A stretch of DNA of 64,000 nt. Source: Planctomycetota bacterium. GTDB taxonomy: Bacteria > Planctomycetota > UBA8108 > UBA1146 > JAJFFE01. This document shows positions 30,171-40,451 of this stretch, one piece after another. Both the position numbers and the translations under genes were made by a program. The stretch spans positions 7,127-71,126 of the forward strand of contig JBCCHQ010000011.1 of the NCBI GenBank assembly GCA_039028735.1, read 5' to 3'. Numbering within the stretch: the stretch's first letter is position 1; each line of letters starts with the position of its first letter. The notes below the pieces were generated by a model. That model was not told where the DNA came from, searched no databases, and saw only the letters and a list, made by a program, of their open reading frames with translations.

Positions 30171-32009
30171 CTAGAAGCTGCCCCGCTGTGCTTGCGGGCG
30201 CGCGTACCACTCGAAGTAGCCAATCATCATCTCGTCGAAGGTCTGTTCGCCAAAGCGTACTGTTTGGTTCGGGTCAGGATTGGCCGGGTTGTCGGCACTG
30301 TTGTCGAACCAGGCGGTGGCATGGATGACAGAGCCTGCAGGAATGTCGATCGGCTCGGCAAGTTTGTAGCGCAGCTGCCAGTTGAAGTCGTACCGAGGAA
30401 CATCGAGGAGCAGCTGTCGGACGCCATCGGGTCGCGCCAGCTCGTAGCGGAAGGCCTTGCCGCGCAGATGCATGTGCGGTGCGAATGAATAGACCGTCGC
30501 GTCCTCGGAAAAGGCAAAGTGCGCTTTGACTTCATAGGCTGGATTTCCGGGCGGGATACGAAACCGCGTAGTAGCCGCGGACGCCGTTGTGATCTCGTAC
30601 TGGGGAGGCGTGTCGCGAAACTTGAAACCGATCGCGGTGCGATCTTTGGCGGCCTTCCCGTTCGGCGTGTAGTGGACCTGGAACTTCAGCGAGGCGTTTG
30701 CGGGCAGCTTCTTGCCAACGTGATCGGGATAGATCGTCCAACCGTGGCCCGGCACCATCCCTGCGAAGTAGCCATGGAGCCCGCCGGCAAAGCGCCGCCG
30801 AAAAGCACGTCGACTCTCGCCAGGTTGTCGCGGTTCCTCTTGGAACACCAGCACGTGATGCACGACCTCGGGGGCTGTGGACCGAATCTCCATGCTCTGG
30901 ATCCAGCGGTCTTCCTTGTTCGGGGTCCTTACGTACATGTAGCGATAGTCGACAAAGCCCTCCGCCGGAATCGACTGCGTTTCCGGAATCTCGATGACGA
31001 GATCTGGCTTGCCGATGTGCCAACCCTCGTCGCGCGTAACGGTTGCAGGTGCATCTTTCGCACTGCCTTCGGGGCACTTGTCATCAATCCACGACAGCAG
31101 CGCGCTGCGATCACGATCGGAGAGTCGCCGATCATTTAGCCAGGGGCCGGTACCCTCCGCCGCAAACCAAGGTGGCATGATCTGCTCCTCCAATACGTAC
31201 TTGATCATGCTCTTGCGCGCTTTGACCTGGCGGTAGGCCTCCAGCGGGAACGGACCGACGCCACCTTTGCGATGACAGGACTGGCAGGAGGCCTGAACGA
31301 TGCGACTGATTCGGTTGTGGTACGTGATCTTGCCTGAAGGCTGCCAGTCAGGAGAGTCGAGCTCAATGACACACCCGGGGCTCGTCGTGGCAGGAGTCGA
31401 CACCGGACGCCCCTGCAGCACCTCGTCGATAGCATCGATCAGGTAGTTGCGGCTGGGCGCCTGCTTCGAGTAGCCGATCCCATACTGGTCGTCGACCGCG
31501 CCTCGGTATCGCAACGTCCCGGCACTGTCGATCACGAAGGCCTCGGTGGTCGTGCGCACCCCCAGCACAGCGGCAACCTTTCTTTTGGGGTCGTGGACAT
31601 AGATACCATCGAAACCAAAGGCCTTCTGTTCGTCGTGCATCATCTTCGGCGTGTCGGACTCGTTGACGTTCAGGAACAAGAACGTCACTGGCTTCTTGTT
31701 CTGCCCCGATGCCGCGTACTTTCTCGTCAACTTCCCAAGGCGAGGTCCATAGCGCTTGCAAAGAGGACAATTGACATCGCGTGTCACGACAACCAGCGCG
31801 CCCTGTAGCTGCAGTAGGGAAACCCGTTTCCCTGCGAGGTCCGTGGCGTGGACGTCCGGCAAGCGCTCTCCGAGATGTTGCACTTCTTGGCGAGCTTGAG
31901 GCCGCGGCGCCACCCGCACCGGACCCTGGTCTGTCTTGTCCGCGGCGGTGAGTTGGGTCCCACAAAACGCGAGGGTTACGGTCAGCGTGATCACAGGAAG
32001 TCGTTGCAA
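30171..32009 (-). CDS. Redoxin + c-type cytochrome + copper type II monooxygenase-like fusion protein
   Basis: CPLC thioredoxin fold with YRGAVDDQY, CQSCH...MPPW, VVHH, FQVHY, PHMHLRG, YDFNWQ, DEMMIG. Confidence 0.88.
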   Translation of the reverse strand: MQRLPVITLTVTLAFCGTQLTAADKTDQGPVRVAPRPQARQEVQHLGERLPDVHATDLAGKRVSLLQLQGALVVVTRDVNCPLCKRYGPRLGKLTRKYAASGQNKKPVTFLFLNVNESDTPKMMHDEQKAFGFDGIYVHDPKRKVAAVLGVRTTTEAFVIDSAGTLRYRGAVDDQYGIGYSKQAPSRNYLIDAIDEVLQGRPVSTPATTSPGCVIELDSPDWQPSGKITYHNRISRIVQASCQSCHRKGGVGPFPLEAYRQVKARKSMIKYVLEEQIMPPWFAAEGTGPWLNDRRLSDRDRSALLSWIDDKCPEGSAKDAPATVTRDEGWHIGKPDLVIEIPETQSIPAEGFVDYRYMYVRTPNKEDRWIQSMEIRSTAPEVVHHVLVFQEEPRQPGESRRAFRRRFAGGLHGYFAGMVPGHGWTIYPDHVGKKLPANASLKFQVHYTPNGKAAKDRTAIGFKFRDTPPQYEITTASAATTRFRIPPGNPAYEVKAHFAFSEDATVYSFAPHMHLRGKAFRYELARPDGVRQLLLDVPRYDFNWQLRYKLAEPIDIPAGSVIHATAWFDNSADNPANPDPNQTVRFGEQTFDEMMIGYFEWYARPQAQRGSF

Positions 32010-32163
32010 TGGATTCTCCGGTCTAGAGTGAGACGCTGATCCTAACCGGTCACTGACGGCTTCTCGCTCCCGAGATCAGTCGTCACCACCAGGGCTGATG
32101 GCGAGCAGAGATAAGCAAAATAAATAAAAGGACTTAAGAGGATCCGACGAGCGCCCAACTCGC

Positions 32164-32194
32164 CCTTGACAACAAATCTTGTCAAGGCTATCGT
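32164..32194 (+). promoter_or_regulatory. Sigma-70 promoter with operator over the -35 box
   Basis: TTGACA (32166)-N17-TATCGT (32189); palindrome CCTTGACAA-N6-TTGTCAAGG (32164-32187). Confidence 0.75.
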
Positions 32195-32200
32195 GTGGGC

Positions 32201-32803
32201 ATGTTGGACGTAGATGTCATCGATGATCCCGGCGCCGCAACGATCGCGCTGGAGCCTGTGCGCAGTCGGCTCCTCGCCGAGTTGGCCGAGCCCGCGTCCG
32301 CAGCGGCGCTGGCCACTCGCGTCGGACTGTCCCGACAGAAGGTCAACTACCACCTGCGCTCGCTCGAATCACACGGACTGGTGCGGGTCGCCGAAGAACG
32401 GCGCTGGGGTGGGCTGACCGAACGGCTGTTGGTGGCCACCGCTTCGTCGTACGTCGTTTCGCCGCATGCGCTCGGGCCTGTCGGTGCGGACCCGGAACGA
32501 AGCGCCGACCGTCTGTCAGCCACCTATCTCCTCGCCTTGGCGGCTCGGATCATCCGTGAACTGAGCGGGCTACTGCGACGTTCACGCGAGGAGAAGAAGG
32601 GTGTCGCGACGCTAGCGATCGACACCGAGATTCGATTTCGTTCGGCGGCAGACCGTGCCGCATTCACCGGTGAACTCACGAACGCGATGACGTCACTCGT
32701 TGCCCGCTACCACGACACGGCAGCTCCAGATGGCCGCCCGCATCGGGTGGTCCTCGTCGCGCACCCGTTACCCCAAGACAATTCTACGAAGGAGGAATCA
32801 TGA
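32201..32803 (+). CDS. ArsR-type helix-turn-helix regulator
   Basis: LEPVRSRLLAELAEPASAAALA..VGLSRQKVNYHLRSLESHGLV. Confidence 0.9.
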   Translation: MLDVDVIDDPGAATIALEPVRSRLLAELAEPASAAALATRVGLSRQKVNYHLRSLESHGLVRVAEERRWGGLTERLLVATASSYVVSPHALGPVGADPERSADRLSATYLLALAARIIRELSGLLRRSREEKKGVATLAIDTEIRFRSAADRAAFTGELTNAMTSLVARYHDTAAPDGRPHRVVLVAHPLPQDNSTKEES

Positions 32804-33618
32804 GCGTTCAAAGTGACGGCTCTGGCAAGCGATGGATCCAGGTCGAGATCGAAGTTCCCGGCACGCCGGAAGAAGTCTGGAAGGCTATCGCAACGGGTCC
32901 CGGCATGGAGTGCTGGTTCATGCCGCTCGGGACCAATGCGGACGAGACAGAACAGAAGGTCGGCGGCGCGATCTACATGGGAAGCGGCGACGAAAAGCAG
33001 AAGGTCGGCGAATACACAGAGTGGGATCCGCCGCGTCGCTTTGTCGCCGAAGGTCAGTCCTGGGGCCCCGACGCCCCGGCACTCGCTCATGAGTGGACCG
33101 TCGAAACCAAAGCCGGTGGCACGTGCATCGTGCGCGTGGTCAACAGCTACTTTGCAGACTCGAGCGACTGGGACAATCAACTCGGCGATATGGACCTGGG
33201 TTGGGCCCGCTTCTTCCGCATTCTCCAGCGCTACATGACCGATTTCAGCGGTCAGCCCTGTGCCGCCATCCACTTGATGGGGCCGACGGGGATGCCACAG
33301 TCCAACGTCTGGGAGACGATGACAGGCGCCTTCGGGCTCGATGGCGCAAAAGAAGGTGCTCCGTGGAAGTCAGCCATCGCCGGCGCGTCCGAGCTCTCTG
33401 GAACCGTCCATCAAGTCGAGGCAGGGGCGGCACCCAGTGCCATCTTGCGAGTCGACGGGTCCGTATCGGGCACGGCTTCGCCACTGGCCTTCACGATCGG
33501 CGGCCAGACGATGTTTGCAGTCGGTATCTACCTCTATGGCGACGGCGCGGCTGACTTCGTTGCGCGCGAGGAACCCAAGTGGCAATCGTGGATGCAGGAG
33601 ACTTTCTTCGGCGGTTGA
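32800..33618 (+). CDS. SRPBCC/AHSA1 domain protein
   Basis: EIEVPGTPEEVWKAIATGPG..WF, EWDPPRRF, GW..FF; ATGA overlap with the regulator. Confidence 0.9.
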   Translation: MSVQSDGSGKRWIQVEIEVPGTPEEVWKAIATGPGMECWFMPLGTNADETEQKVGGAIYMGSGDEKQKVGEYTEWDPPRRFVAEGQSWGPDAPALAHEWTVETKAGGTCIVRVVNSYFADSSDWDNQLGDMDLGWARFFRILQRYMTDFSGQPCAAIHLMGPTGMPQSNVWETMTGAFGLDGAKEGAPWKSAIAGASELSGTVHQVEAGAAPSAILRVDGSVSGTASPLAFTIGGQTMFAVGIYLYGDGAADFVAREEPKWQSWMQETFFGG

Positions 33619-33971
33619 TGCGGGGGCAGCAGCAACCTCAAGACAGCGAGGTGACTCGAGATCACTGGGGCACCTCGCTGACTTCCTCGAAGAACTCGAC
33701 GTCGTCACAGTCAGCAACCACCTCTGCCCCGCACGAAGCGTCTCGAACTGCCCTCGGAGGCAGCAACTTCGCCCGATCCAAGGCGGCGAAGAAGCGCTTC
33801 CGGCACTCTGGCCGGAGCACTCTCTGCCGGATGAACCATCATGCTCAGGATGATATTCGTTCCACGAAACCCGAGATGTCAAGCGCGCGCACGCGCGTCA
33901 GTGCGCCATTGTGATGCGGCGGTGCTCCATACCTGAGAGAGAAACAAAACCGAGCTGGTGCCGATGCAGCA

Positions 33972-35189
33972 CTACGAACCCTTCTCTGACGTGGTAATAC
34001 GCTTGGCCAGAGCTTCGAGATCATTGCCCCGCAAAGCGCCTTCCATCAACTCTGGAAGTCGTTGCGGGGAACATCCAAAGCAGGGGATGCCGAGCCTCGC
34101 GAGCTTTCGCGCCAATGCTTCATCGAAGGACGGGATGCCACTGTCTGAGAGCGCCAGTAGGCACAAGACTCGAACCCCAGAAGCCACCATGTCGCCGAGG
34201 CGGCGCACGAGTTGAGCCTCGTTGCCCCCCTCGTACAGATCCGTAATCATGATGAACAATGTTCGGGCGGGATCTGAGACGAACTGTTCGCAGTATGCGA
34301 CCGATTTGTTGATGTCTGTTCCACCACCAAGTTGAACGCCAAACAGCATATCCACCGGATCGAGACCGCACTTCTCCGTCAAATCGACAACCTCGGTGTC
34401 AAACGCAACCACTCGTGTGTCTAGCGCTGGGAGACTCGCGAAGATCGAACCACAGACGGCGCCGTAGACGACCGAGTCAGCCATCGAGCCGCTCTGATCC
34501 ATGTCTACAATCACCGTCCAGTTGTTGGTGCGCTGCGACCGTGAGTAGAAGTAAACGCGTTCGGGGATCAGTCGCTCGAGTTCCTTGTTGTAGTTCTTCA
34601 GATTGCGCCCGATGGTCCACTTCCAGTCGATGTTGTTGACGTGCGGGATTGGAGAATGGTCGTTGCGGTTCAGGGCGCCCATGACCGCCCGCCGAATCTG
34701 CTGTTCGAGCGTCAGTTTGATCTCCTCGACGACTGAACGAACAACCATACGCGCTGTTTCTTTGGTGCGTTCTGGGATCTGGCCGCTGAGCGACATGAGA
34801 GTGCCAACAAGCTGAACGTTGGGTTGGACGTTCCTCAGCATTTCGGGCTCGAAGAGCAGCTGGTCCATGCCTCGGCGTTCGATCGCGTCTTGCTGAATCA
34901 CGGTAACGACGTCCTCGGAGAAGTACGTGCGGATGTCTCCAAGCCATTTCGACAGTCGTGGAGAGGAAGATCCGAGTCCGGCTGAACGCTGAGAATCTCG
35001 ACCGTCGCCAGTATCATCGTAGATAGCTGCGAGAGCTTCATCCATGAGGTGCTGGTCCCCCGAGAGGCCTATCCCATCGCCGTCGGAAACGTACTCCCCG
35101 AGGCGCTCCTCGGAAGCACTACCCAAGATGAGACGCCAGCGTGTCAGCTGTTCGCGATCGATCGGTTCGTGGTCCATCCCTGGTTCCAA
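33972..35189 (-). CDS. VWA domain protein (CoxE/YehP-like)
   Basis: RWRLILG, MIDAS DQSGSM, FDTEVVDLT, GGGTDI, ITDLYEGG. Confidence 0.92.
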   Translation of the reverse strand: MEPGMDHEPIDREQLTRWRLILGSASEERLGEYVSDGDGIGLSGDQHLMDEALAAIYDDTGDGRDSQRSAGLGSSSPRLSKWLGDIRTYFSEDVVTVIQQDAIERRGMDQLLFEPEMLRNVQPNVQLVGTLMSLSGQIPERTKETARMVVRSVVEEIKLTLEQQIRRAVMGALNRNDHSPIPHVNNIDWKWTIGRNLKNYNKELERLIPERVYFYSRSQRTNNWTVIVDMDQSGSMADSVVYGAVCGSIFASLPALDTRVVAFDTEVVDLTEKCGLDPVDMLFGVQLGGGTDINKSVAYCEQFVSDPARTLFIMITDLYEGGNEAQLVRRLGDMVASGVRVLCLLALSDSGIPSFDEALARKLARLGIPCFGCSPQRLPELMEGALRGNDLEALAKRITTSEKGS

Positions 35190-35198
35190 TGCAATCCA

Positions 35199-37553
35199 CT
35201 AGAGGTCATCGAAGTCGAAGTCGCTCAACTCTTCTAACGACTGCTCCTCCTCGTTCGTCAGGGGCTGACTCAACATCTCGCTCGCAACGTCAGCACCTGC
35301 GCCCCAGTACTCGCCCAAGTTCTCTGCGATGTGCCGCTTCTCTTGCGGGCTGAACCCGCCGAACGAGCGACGAAGAAAGACGAGTGCGCGCAGGAACTCC
35401 CCCTCTTCGAGGGACTCAACGTAACCGGCCAGCTGTTCCCACAAAGGTTGCCGCGCGAGCAGCGCATACCGATTACGCTTCGACAGGCCTTCGAACCACC
35501 CCGCGCCAAGGTCCGCGTCGATACCTGGCGATAGACGGCGGGACATCTCGCGGGCGAGATCCTCGTTGTCTACGAGGTTGCGTTCCAAGAGAATCGCGCA
35601 CGCGTACCCCGACAGTAGTGGGTTGTGCTGATCGGAGTCTGCCAGCCGCCTCAACTCGCCAACCCACAGGTTCTCGTCAACGCGATCGCTGTACTCGAGG
35701 TTCACCTTGTTGAGCTCATCGATCGCAACGACAGCTGACTTGGCAGCTGCATCATCGCAATTGGCCGCCCCTATCAACGCCAGCGATCCCTGAACGAACA
35801 AGTCTTCCACTAGAGGCATCAACGGTTCAGGGTCGAACTGTCGTACATCTCCGTAACGAGCAATCATGCCGAGGCGGTTGGCAGCATGTGCAATAGCCCT
35901 GAACTCGGATGTTCCCGATGCCAGTTCCTGCAAGCGCTGACGCGCCTGGTCCATCGCGGCGATCATTCCGCACTTGCAAGCGTCACTCACCATGCTTGCT
36001 GCTTCAGCAACGGATTCGCACTTCGACAGCTTCGACTTGAAGGAGTAGCCGGTCGCTACTTCGATGGTTTCACCGAGGAGCACCGCTTCGACGAGCTGAA
36101 TCTCCGACTCGGTCGACCATTGGACATGCCACTTCTCTGCCCAAGTCGTCGAGTCTTGGTGAGTTTCCTGTTCGACTGCGAACTCGACGCCGATGACTCG
36201 GAGGCGATGGAGGAGCGACGACCGATTCAGGTCGAGGTATGCAGCCTCCTCGCTCTTGGCGCGTCTATTCTCTCGGAGATCGAGGCCAAGCTCCTGCTTC
36301 ACCGTCGTGCGGTACTTCGTTAGCTTGTAGCGAGCGAGCTGCCGTTCGAAGTCGTCTTGGATGGACGTCTGACTGACTCCCGCCGGGAGCTGACCGATGG
36401 CCGTCCCGACTTCGACGTATGCCATCGACTGGGATACCGAGGAGACTTCGCCGTGGCCAATGAGTGTCGTCGCGGCGTCGCGGAGGTCCGCAAGCGTCGG
36501 TGCTTGGCCGCCTTTGAGCGCAGCGAGACTTTGCGCGAGACGAACCCCCTCGATGACCTCGGCTGTCGATCGGTGCGTTCCCTGCTCGCGAGTGTGCCTT
36601 GCGACCATGGACAGATAGCGCGAGGGCAGGTGTTCGATTCGGGCTTCCTGTAAGGACTCCCACAGCAGCTCGAAGTAGGCGGGTGCGTGGTTGCCGGCGC
36701 CGTAGCCAGACTGCGACGACAACTTGAAGTAGGAGTACGGCATCAGCGTCAGTTTGCTGGGACGACGCTTGAGTGTTGAGAGCTCGTCGTCGGTCATCGC
36801 CGGCAAGTGGCCACCGATCGCTGACGCGTGATACGCTCCAACCAGGACGACGATGTCCTCCGGAGCCATGCCGGCGTCGATCGTCTCTTGGATTCGCCGC
36901 CGCATGTATGCTTCACGAACTAGATTCTCTGCATCGGACTGGGGCGAACGCTCGTCGAATTCGCGCAGCCCAGCGCCGAACTCGATCGCCGCGAGGCGGT
37001 AAGAATCGTCGGTCAGATTGTGCTCGAAGTTTCGCTCCCAATAGGTTTCATAGTCGGGCTCGCCGGCGTGCCTTGCGAATCGTTCATAGAGAGACTCACG
37101 CTCATGACGAGCCTCGACGTCGAGCTCTTCTTGCGGTGCTTCTCCCTTCCGCTGCTCTGGCGAGTCTTTGGAAAGTTCCTTGTCTGGTAGAGGAGTCTCG
37201 TCCGTTCGCTGCTGGGATTGCAGGGCGAGGAAGACGTCGGAGGGCAGATCGATCCATTCGGCTCTCGCACGATTCTGCTTCGCCCAAACGAGAGCTTGAT
37301 ACTCCGGGCTGTACCTCGCGATGGGGTAGACAACGGTGCCCACCGGAAGATCCTCCGTGTAGGCAAGGATGGCGATCGGAGGCACCGTGCCTCGTCGAGT
37401 CATGTCTGGGATCAATGCCCCAGCGTCTGACAGCCCCTCGATCAAGACCGCCTTGGGCTTCTTCTGGTCGAGAAATCGACGGAGGTGCCACGCCCCGGAC
37501 GGGGACAGGTGACGGATTCCGAACACATGAACCTGATCCAGAGAATCAGTCAT
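35199..37553 (-). CDS. DUF5682 (YehM-like) protein
   Basis: FGIRHLSP, VLIEG, YSPEYQA, WIDLP, REAYMR, GAYH, YGAG. Confidence 0.88.
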   Translation of the reverse strand: MTDSLDQVHVFGIRHLSPSGAWHLRRFLDQKKPKAVLIEGLSDAGALIPDMTRRGTVPPIAILAYTEDLPVGTVVYPIARYSPEYQALVWAKQNRARAEWIDLPSDVFLALQSQQRTDETPLPDKELSKDSPEQRKGEAPQEELDVEARHERESLYERFARHAGEPDYETYWERNFEHNLTDDSYRLAAIEFGAGLREFDERSPQSDAENLVREAYMRRRIQETIDAGMAPEDIVVLVGAYHASAIGGHLPAMTDDELSTLKRRPSKLTLMPYSYFKLSSQSGYGAGNHAPAYFELLWESLQEARIEHLPSRYLSMVARHTREQGTHRSTAEVIEGVRLAQSLAALKGGQAPTLADLRDAATTLIGHGEVSSVSQSMAYVEVGTAIGQLPAGVSQTSIQDDFERQLARYKLTKYRTTVKQELGLDLRENRRAKSEEAAYLDLNRSSLLHRLRVIGVEFAVEQETHQDSTTWAEKWHVQWSTESEIQLVEAVLLGETIEVATGYSFKSKLSKCESVAEAASMVSDACKCGMIAAMDQARQRLQELASGTSEFRAIAHAANRLGMIARYGDVRQFDPEPLMPLVEDLFVQGSLALIGAANCDDAAAKSAVVAIDELNKVNLEYSDRVDENLWVGELRRLADSDQHNPLLSGYACAILLERNLVDNEDLAREMSRRLSPGIDADLGAGWFEGLSKRNRYALLARQPLWEQLAGYVESLEEGEFLRALVFLRRSFGGFSPQEKRHIAENLGEYWGAGADVASEMLSQPLTNEEEQSLEELSDFDFDDL

Positions 37554-38655
37554 GCTGCTCCATACACGCCTGGTAAAGCGGTCTCCAAGCGGCACCCCGC
37601 TTCTTCATCACGTTCTTCAGATACTCCTGCCAGACGATGTGGTCCTTCTCCTCATCTTTGACAATCGCACCTTGGAGACCTGATGCCATGTCAGCTGCAT
37701 CGACTTCGCCATTCCCGAAGTTGCCGGCCAGTGCCATGCTGTTCGCGAGCAGTGAGATCGCCTCGGCCGTCGACAAAACCCCCGATGGCGACTTCACCTT
37801 GCTCTTTCCATCCAGGGTTTGGCCGGCGCGAAGCTCCCGAAAGATCGTGACGACTTTCTCAATAGCGTCCTCGGCCGGTACCTCCGCGTTGAGGTCGAGG
37901 CTCGACGCGAGCTCGCGCACTCGCTTGCTGACAATGTCAATCTCGGTTTCCAGCTGACTTGGCGTAGGTAAAACGATGATGTTGAAGCGCCGCTTGAGTG
38001 CCGCAGACATGTCATTTACGCCGCGGTCACGGGTGTTTGCCGTAGCGATGATCGAGAAACCCTTCGAAGCTGCGACTTCTGTCTCGAGTTCCGGGACCGA
38101 GATGCGCTTCTCGGACAGCAACGAGATCATGGCGTCCTGAACTTCGGATGCGCAGCGAGTGATTTCTTCGAAACGGGCAATCGCGCCGTTCTCCATGGCG
38201 CGGAAGATCTCACTCTTGATGAGAGCCTCATGACTCGGGCCGTGGGCAATCAACATGGCGTAGTTCCAGGTATACCGGATCTGTTCTTCAGTGGTTCCGG
38301 CCGTGCCTTGCACGACACGAGTCGAGTTGCCGTTTATCGCTGCCGTGAGGTGTTCAGAAAGCCATGACTTTGCAGTTCCGGGCTCGCCGATCAGCAACAA
38401 GGCTCGGTCGGTGACGAGTGTAGAAATGGCAATCTCCACCAGGCGCTGATGGCCGATGTACTTAGGAGTGATGTTCCTTTTTCCGCACTTCCCACCACAG
38501 ACGTACAAGAGCACGGAACGCGGGGACATCTGCCAACCGGTCGGAACATCATGCTTCTCTGCTTTGATCAGGGCGTCGATTTCCTCTGCAAACAACGCTT
38601 CGGCAGGCTGTCGTAGCACGCTGCCTTCGTTGCCCGCTGACTTCTTCTTTGACAT
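37546..38655 (-). CDS. MoxR-type AAA+ ATPase (YehL-like)
   Basis: GEPGTAKSWLSE, QGTAGTTEEQIRYTWNYAML, RFEEITR, ATANTRDRGVNDMSAALKRRF. Confidence 0.93.
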   Translation of the reverse strand: MSKKKSAGNEGSVLRQPAEALFAEEIDALIKAEKHDVPTGWQMSPRSVLLYVCGGKCGKRNITPKYIGHQRLVEIAISTLVTDRALLLIGEPGTAKSWLSEHLTAAINGNSTRVVQGTAGTTEEQIRYTWNYAMLIAHGPSHEALIKSEIFRAMENGAIARFEEITRCASEVQDAMISLLSEKRISVPELETEVAASKGFSIIATANTRDRGVNDMSAALKRRFNIIVLPTPSQLETEIDIVSKRVRELASSLDLNAEVPAEDAIEKVVTIFRELRAGQTLDGKSKVKSPSGVLSTAEAISLLANSMALAGNFGNGEVDAADMASGLQGAIVKDEEKDHIVWQEYLKNVMKKRGAAWRPLYQACMEQHD

Positions 38656-38664
38656 CGTTTCCTG

Positions 38665-40440
38665 CTACCTCTTCTTCAGCTGTTCCAGGACCGGGATCAG
38701 CAAATCGATGGTCTGCTCAGAGAGTTTGGGCACGACTGCCTCGATCTTTGATACGGCATCCTTGGGCAGATAGGGAATCAACTCCATGAGCCAGTGGGTG
38801 TAGTAGCCTGGACGGGAGCCGTCCTGCACCACCAACAAGTTCACAAAATGCTCGACACACTTCGGGTGTTCGATACGGATCATGACGCGTAGCAAATCCG
38901 AGACGTCGTAGTCTGTCGCGCCTTTCCCCTTGAGCTTCGCGTCGACTGTCTTCGAGAGTAGCTTGATAGCGCCTCTGTGCTTGGGCTGTGCTAGGGCCAT
39001 TACGACCGGCAAGTCGTTCAGCTTGACCGCAGCCTCTAGCCAACGCGAGTCGAGCTTGGCTTTGCTCGTCTGCGACGAATGTCCCGTCTCTCCAGACAAG
39101 AACCCTGCGACGACTTCTTGCTTGTCCTTCGCAGGATTGGCGCCGCGCTTCTTGGGGATAGTGGCGACGTAGTACGGCGAGAACAACGTGAAGAATCTCT
39201 TTATCGTGCAGGTCTGGAGTCCGGCGACGAGCGCCCACTCGAGGGCATCTGGCGGCAGGGACTCATGGGCCTCGATGAGTTGTTCTTGAGCCGACTTCGA
39301 CTTGGACTCTGCCAACAGGCCGGCAACTCGCTCGACGACACAGCTACCATCGGTGCCCCCCCGGTTCTTGACTCTCGCCAGATTCTCACGCTGCTCGAAG
39401 CATCCGAGCAGAAAGGAGATCGACTTCTTGTCACTGCGCGACTGAAATCCCAGAAGCAGATCGAAGAGTCTTGTGAGAGCCTCGAGGCGCTTCGCCTTGT
39501 CCTTCGTGGCAAGCACCGCTTCCAATTGCTCGTTCGTCAGTTCGAGCAACCTGTCGAGCAGTTCGGGACTGCGATTTCGACTCACTGCGTAAAGGGCGAA
39601 GACGGCGTCCGTACCACCGAGCGCGCCGAGGAGAGCCTCGACCACTTCAGGCTGCGAGAAGCCAGCAATGGCGTCGAGCGCAGCACGCCGAACCTCCTGG
39701 GATCTTGCCTTGACTTGACTCAGAAGAAAGGAGAGGTGCTCCTCCGAATCCTTGAGGCAAGAGATAGCTGCGACCTTCAGTTCCTTCGAGCCGGATTCGA
39801 GCGCCTCTTCGACTTTCTTTCGTGACCCGACCGAGTCGAGCTTGTGCATCAACACCAAGCGGCGAGCGTGCCCTCCCTTCCCTTTGACGTCCAGCGTCTG
39901 CGCCAGCTCGGGGAGGATCGCAGTGCCGTATGCCGGAAGTATCTGCGTTGCGACGTATTCGCCGATCTCGCTGTAACCATCATCGATCGCGGCTACTGCG
40001 AGTTTCACTAATCGTATGTCGTTGAAGACTCCGCGCTCATGCGCTTCTGAAATGATCTCCAAACGTCCGGAGCCTGTCGATTTCAAGGCTTCGATCAAGG
40101 GTTTCAGCACTCGTGCGCTCGTGTTCGAAGACGTAAGACCAAAGTCAGAGCCCTCTATCGAGCGCGCTTCCTTGGCCGCACCGGTCCTCCCCTGGGTGTA
40201 TCGGATCGCTGTCACGAGGGTTCCTAGCTCGAGAAGCCTCTGCGGAGAGGACTCTGCGTCGCTACTGACAACATCCTTCACCGCTTGTGCAACCCGAGCG
40301 AAAACGGGAGCCTTCTCTCCGGCCTTCTGCAGCGGGTCGATGAGCTTCTTCAGCCGAAAGTCGTCGCTGGCCAGATTGCTGCCTGCGATCGCGAGGCGCC
40401 GAGTTTCGGCATAGACTTCGTTCAGAACTGCGATGCTCAT
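38665..40440 (-). CDS. HEAT-repeat protein of the MoxR/VWA operon
   Basis: All-alpha; HEAT-like ELKVAAISCL and EVRRAALDAI; operonic spacing. Confidence 0.8.
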   Translation of the reverse strand: MSIAVLNEVYAETRRLAIAGSNLASDDFRLKKLIDPLQKAGEKAPVFARVAQAVKDVVSSDAESSPQRLLELGTLVTAIRYTQGRTGAAKEARSIEGSDFGLTSSNTSARVLKPLIEALKSTGSGRLEIISEAHERGVFNDIRLVKLAVAAIDDGYSEIGEYVATQILPAYGTAILPELAQTLDVKGKGGHARRLVLMHKLDSVGSRKKVEEALESGSKELKVAAISCLKDSEEHLSFLLSQVKARSQEVRRAALDAIAGFSQPEVVEALLGALGGTDAVFALYAVSRNRSPELLDRLLELTNEQLEAVLATKDKAKRLEALTRLFDLLLGFQSRSDKKSISFLLGCFEQRENLARVKNRGGTDGSCVVERVAGLLAESKSKSAQEQLIEAHESLPPDALEWALVAGLQTCTIKRFFTLFSPYYVATIPKKRGANPAKDKQEVVAGFLSGETGHSSQTSKAKLDSRWLEAAVKLNDLPVVMALAQPKHRGAIKLLSKTVDAKLKGKGATDYDVSDLLRVMIRIEHPKCVEHFVNLLVVQDGSRPGYYTHWLMELIPYLPKDAVSKIEAVVPKLSEQTIDLLIPVLEQLKKR

Positions 40441-40451
40441 CAGATACCCCC

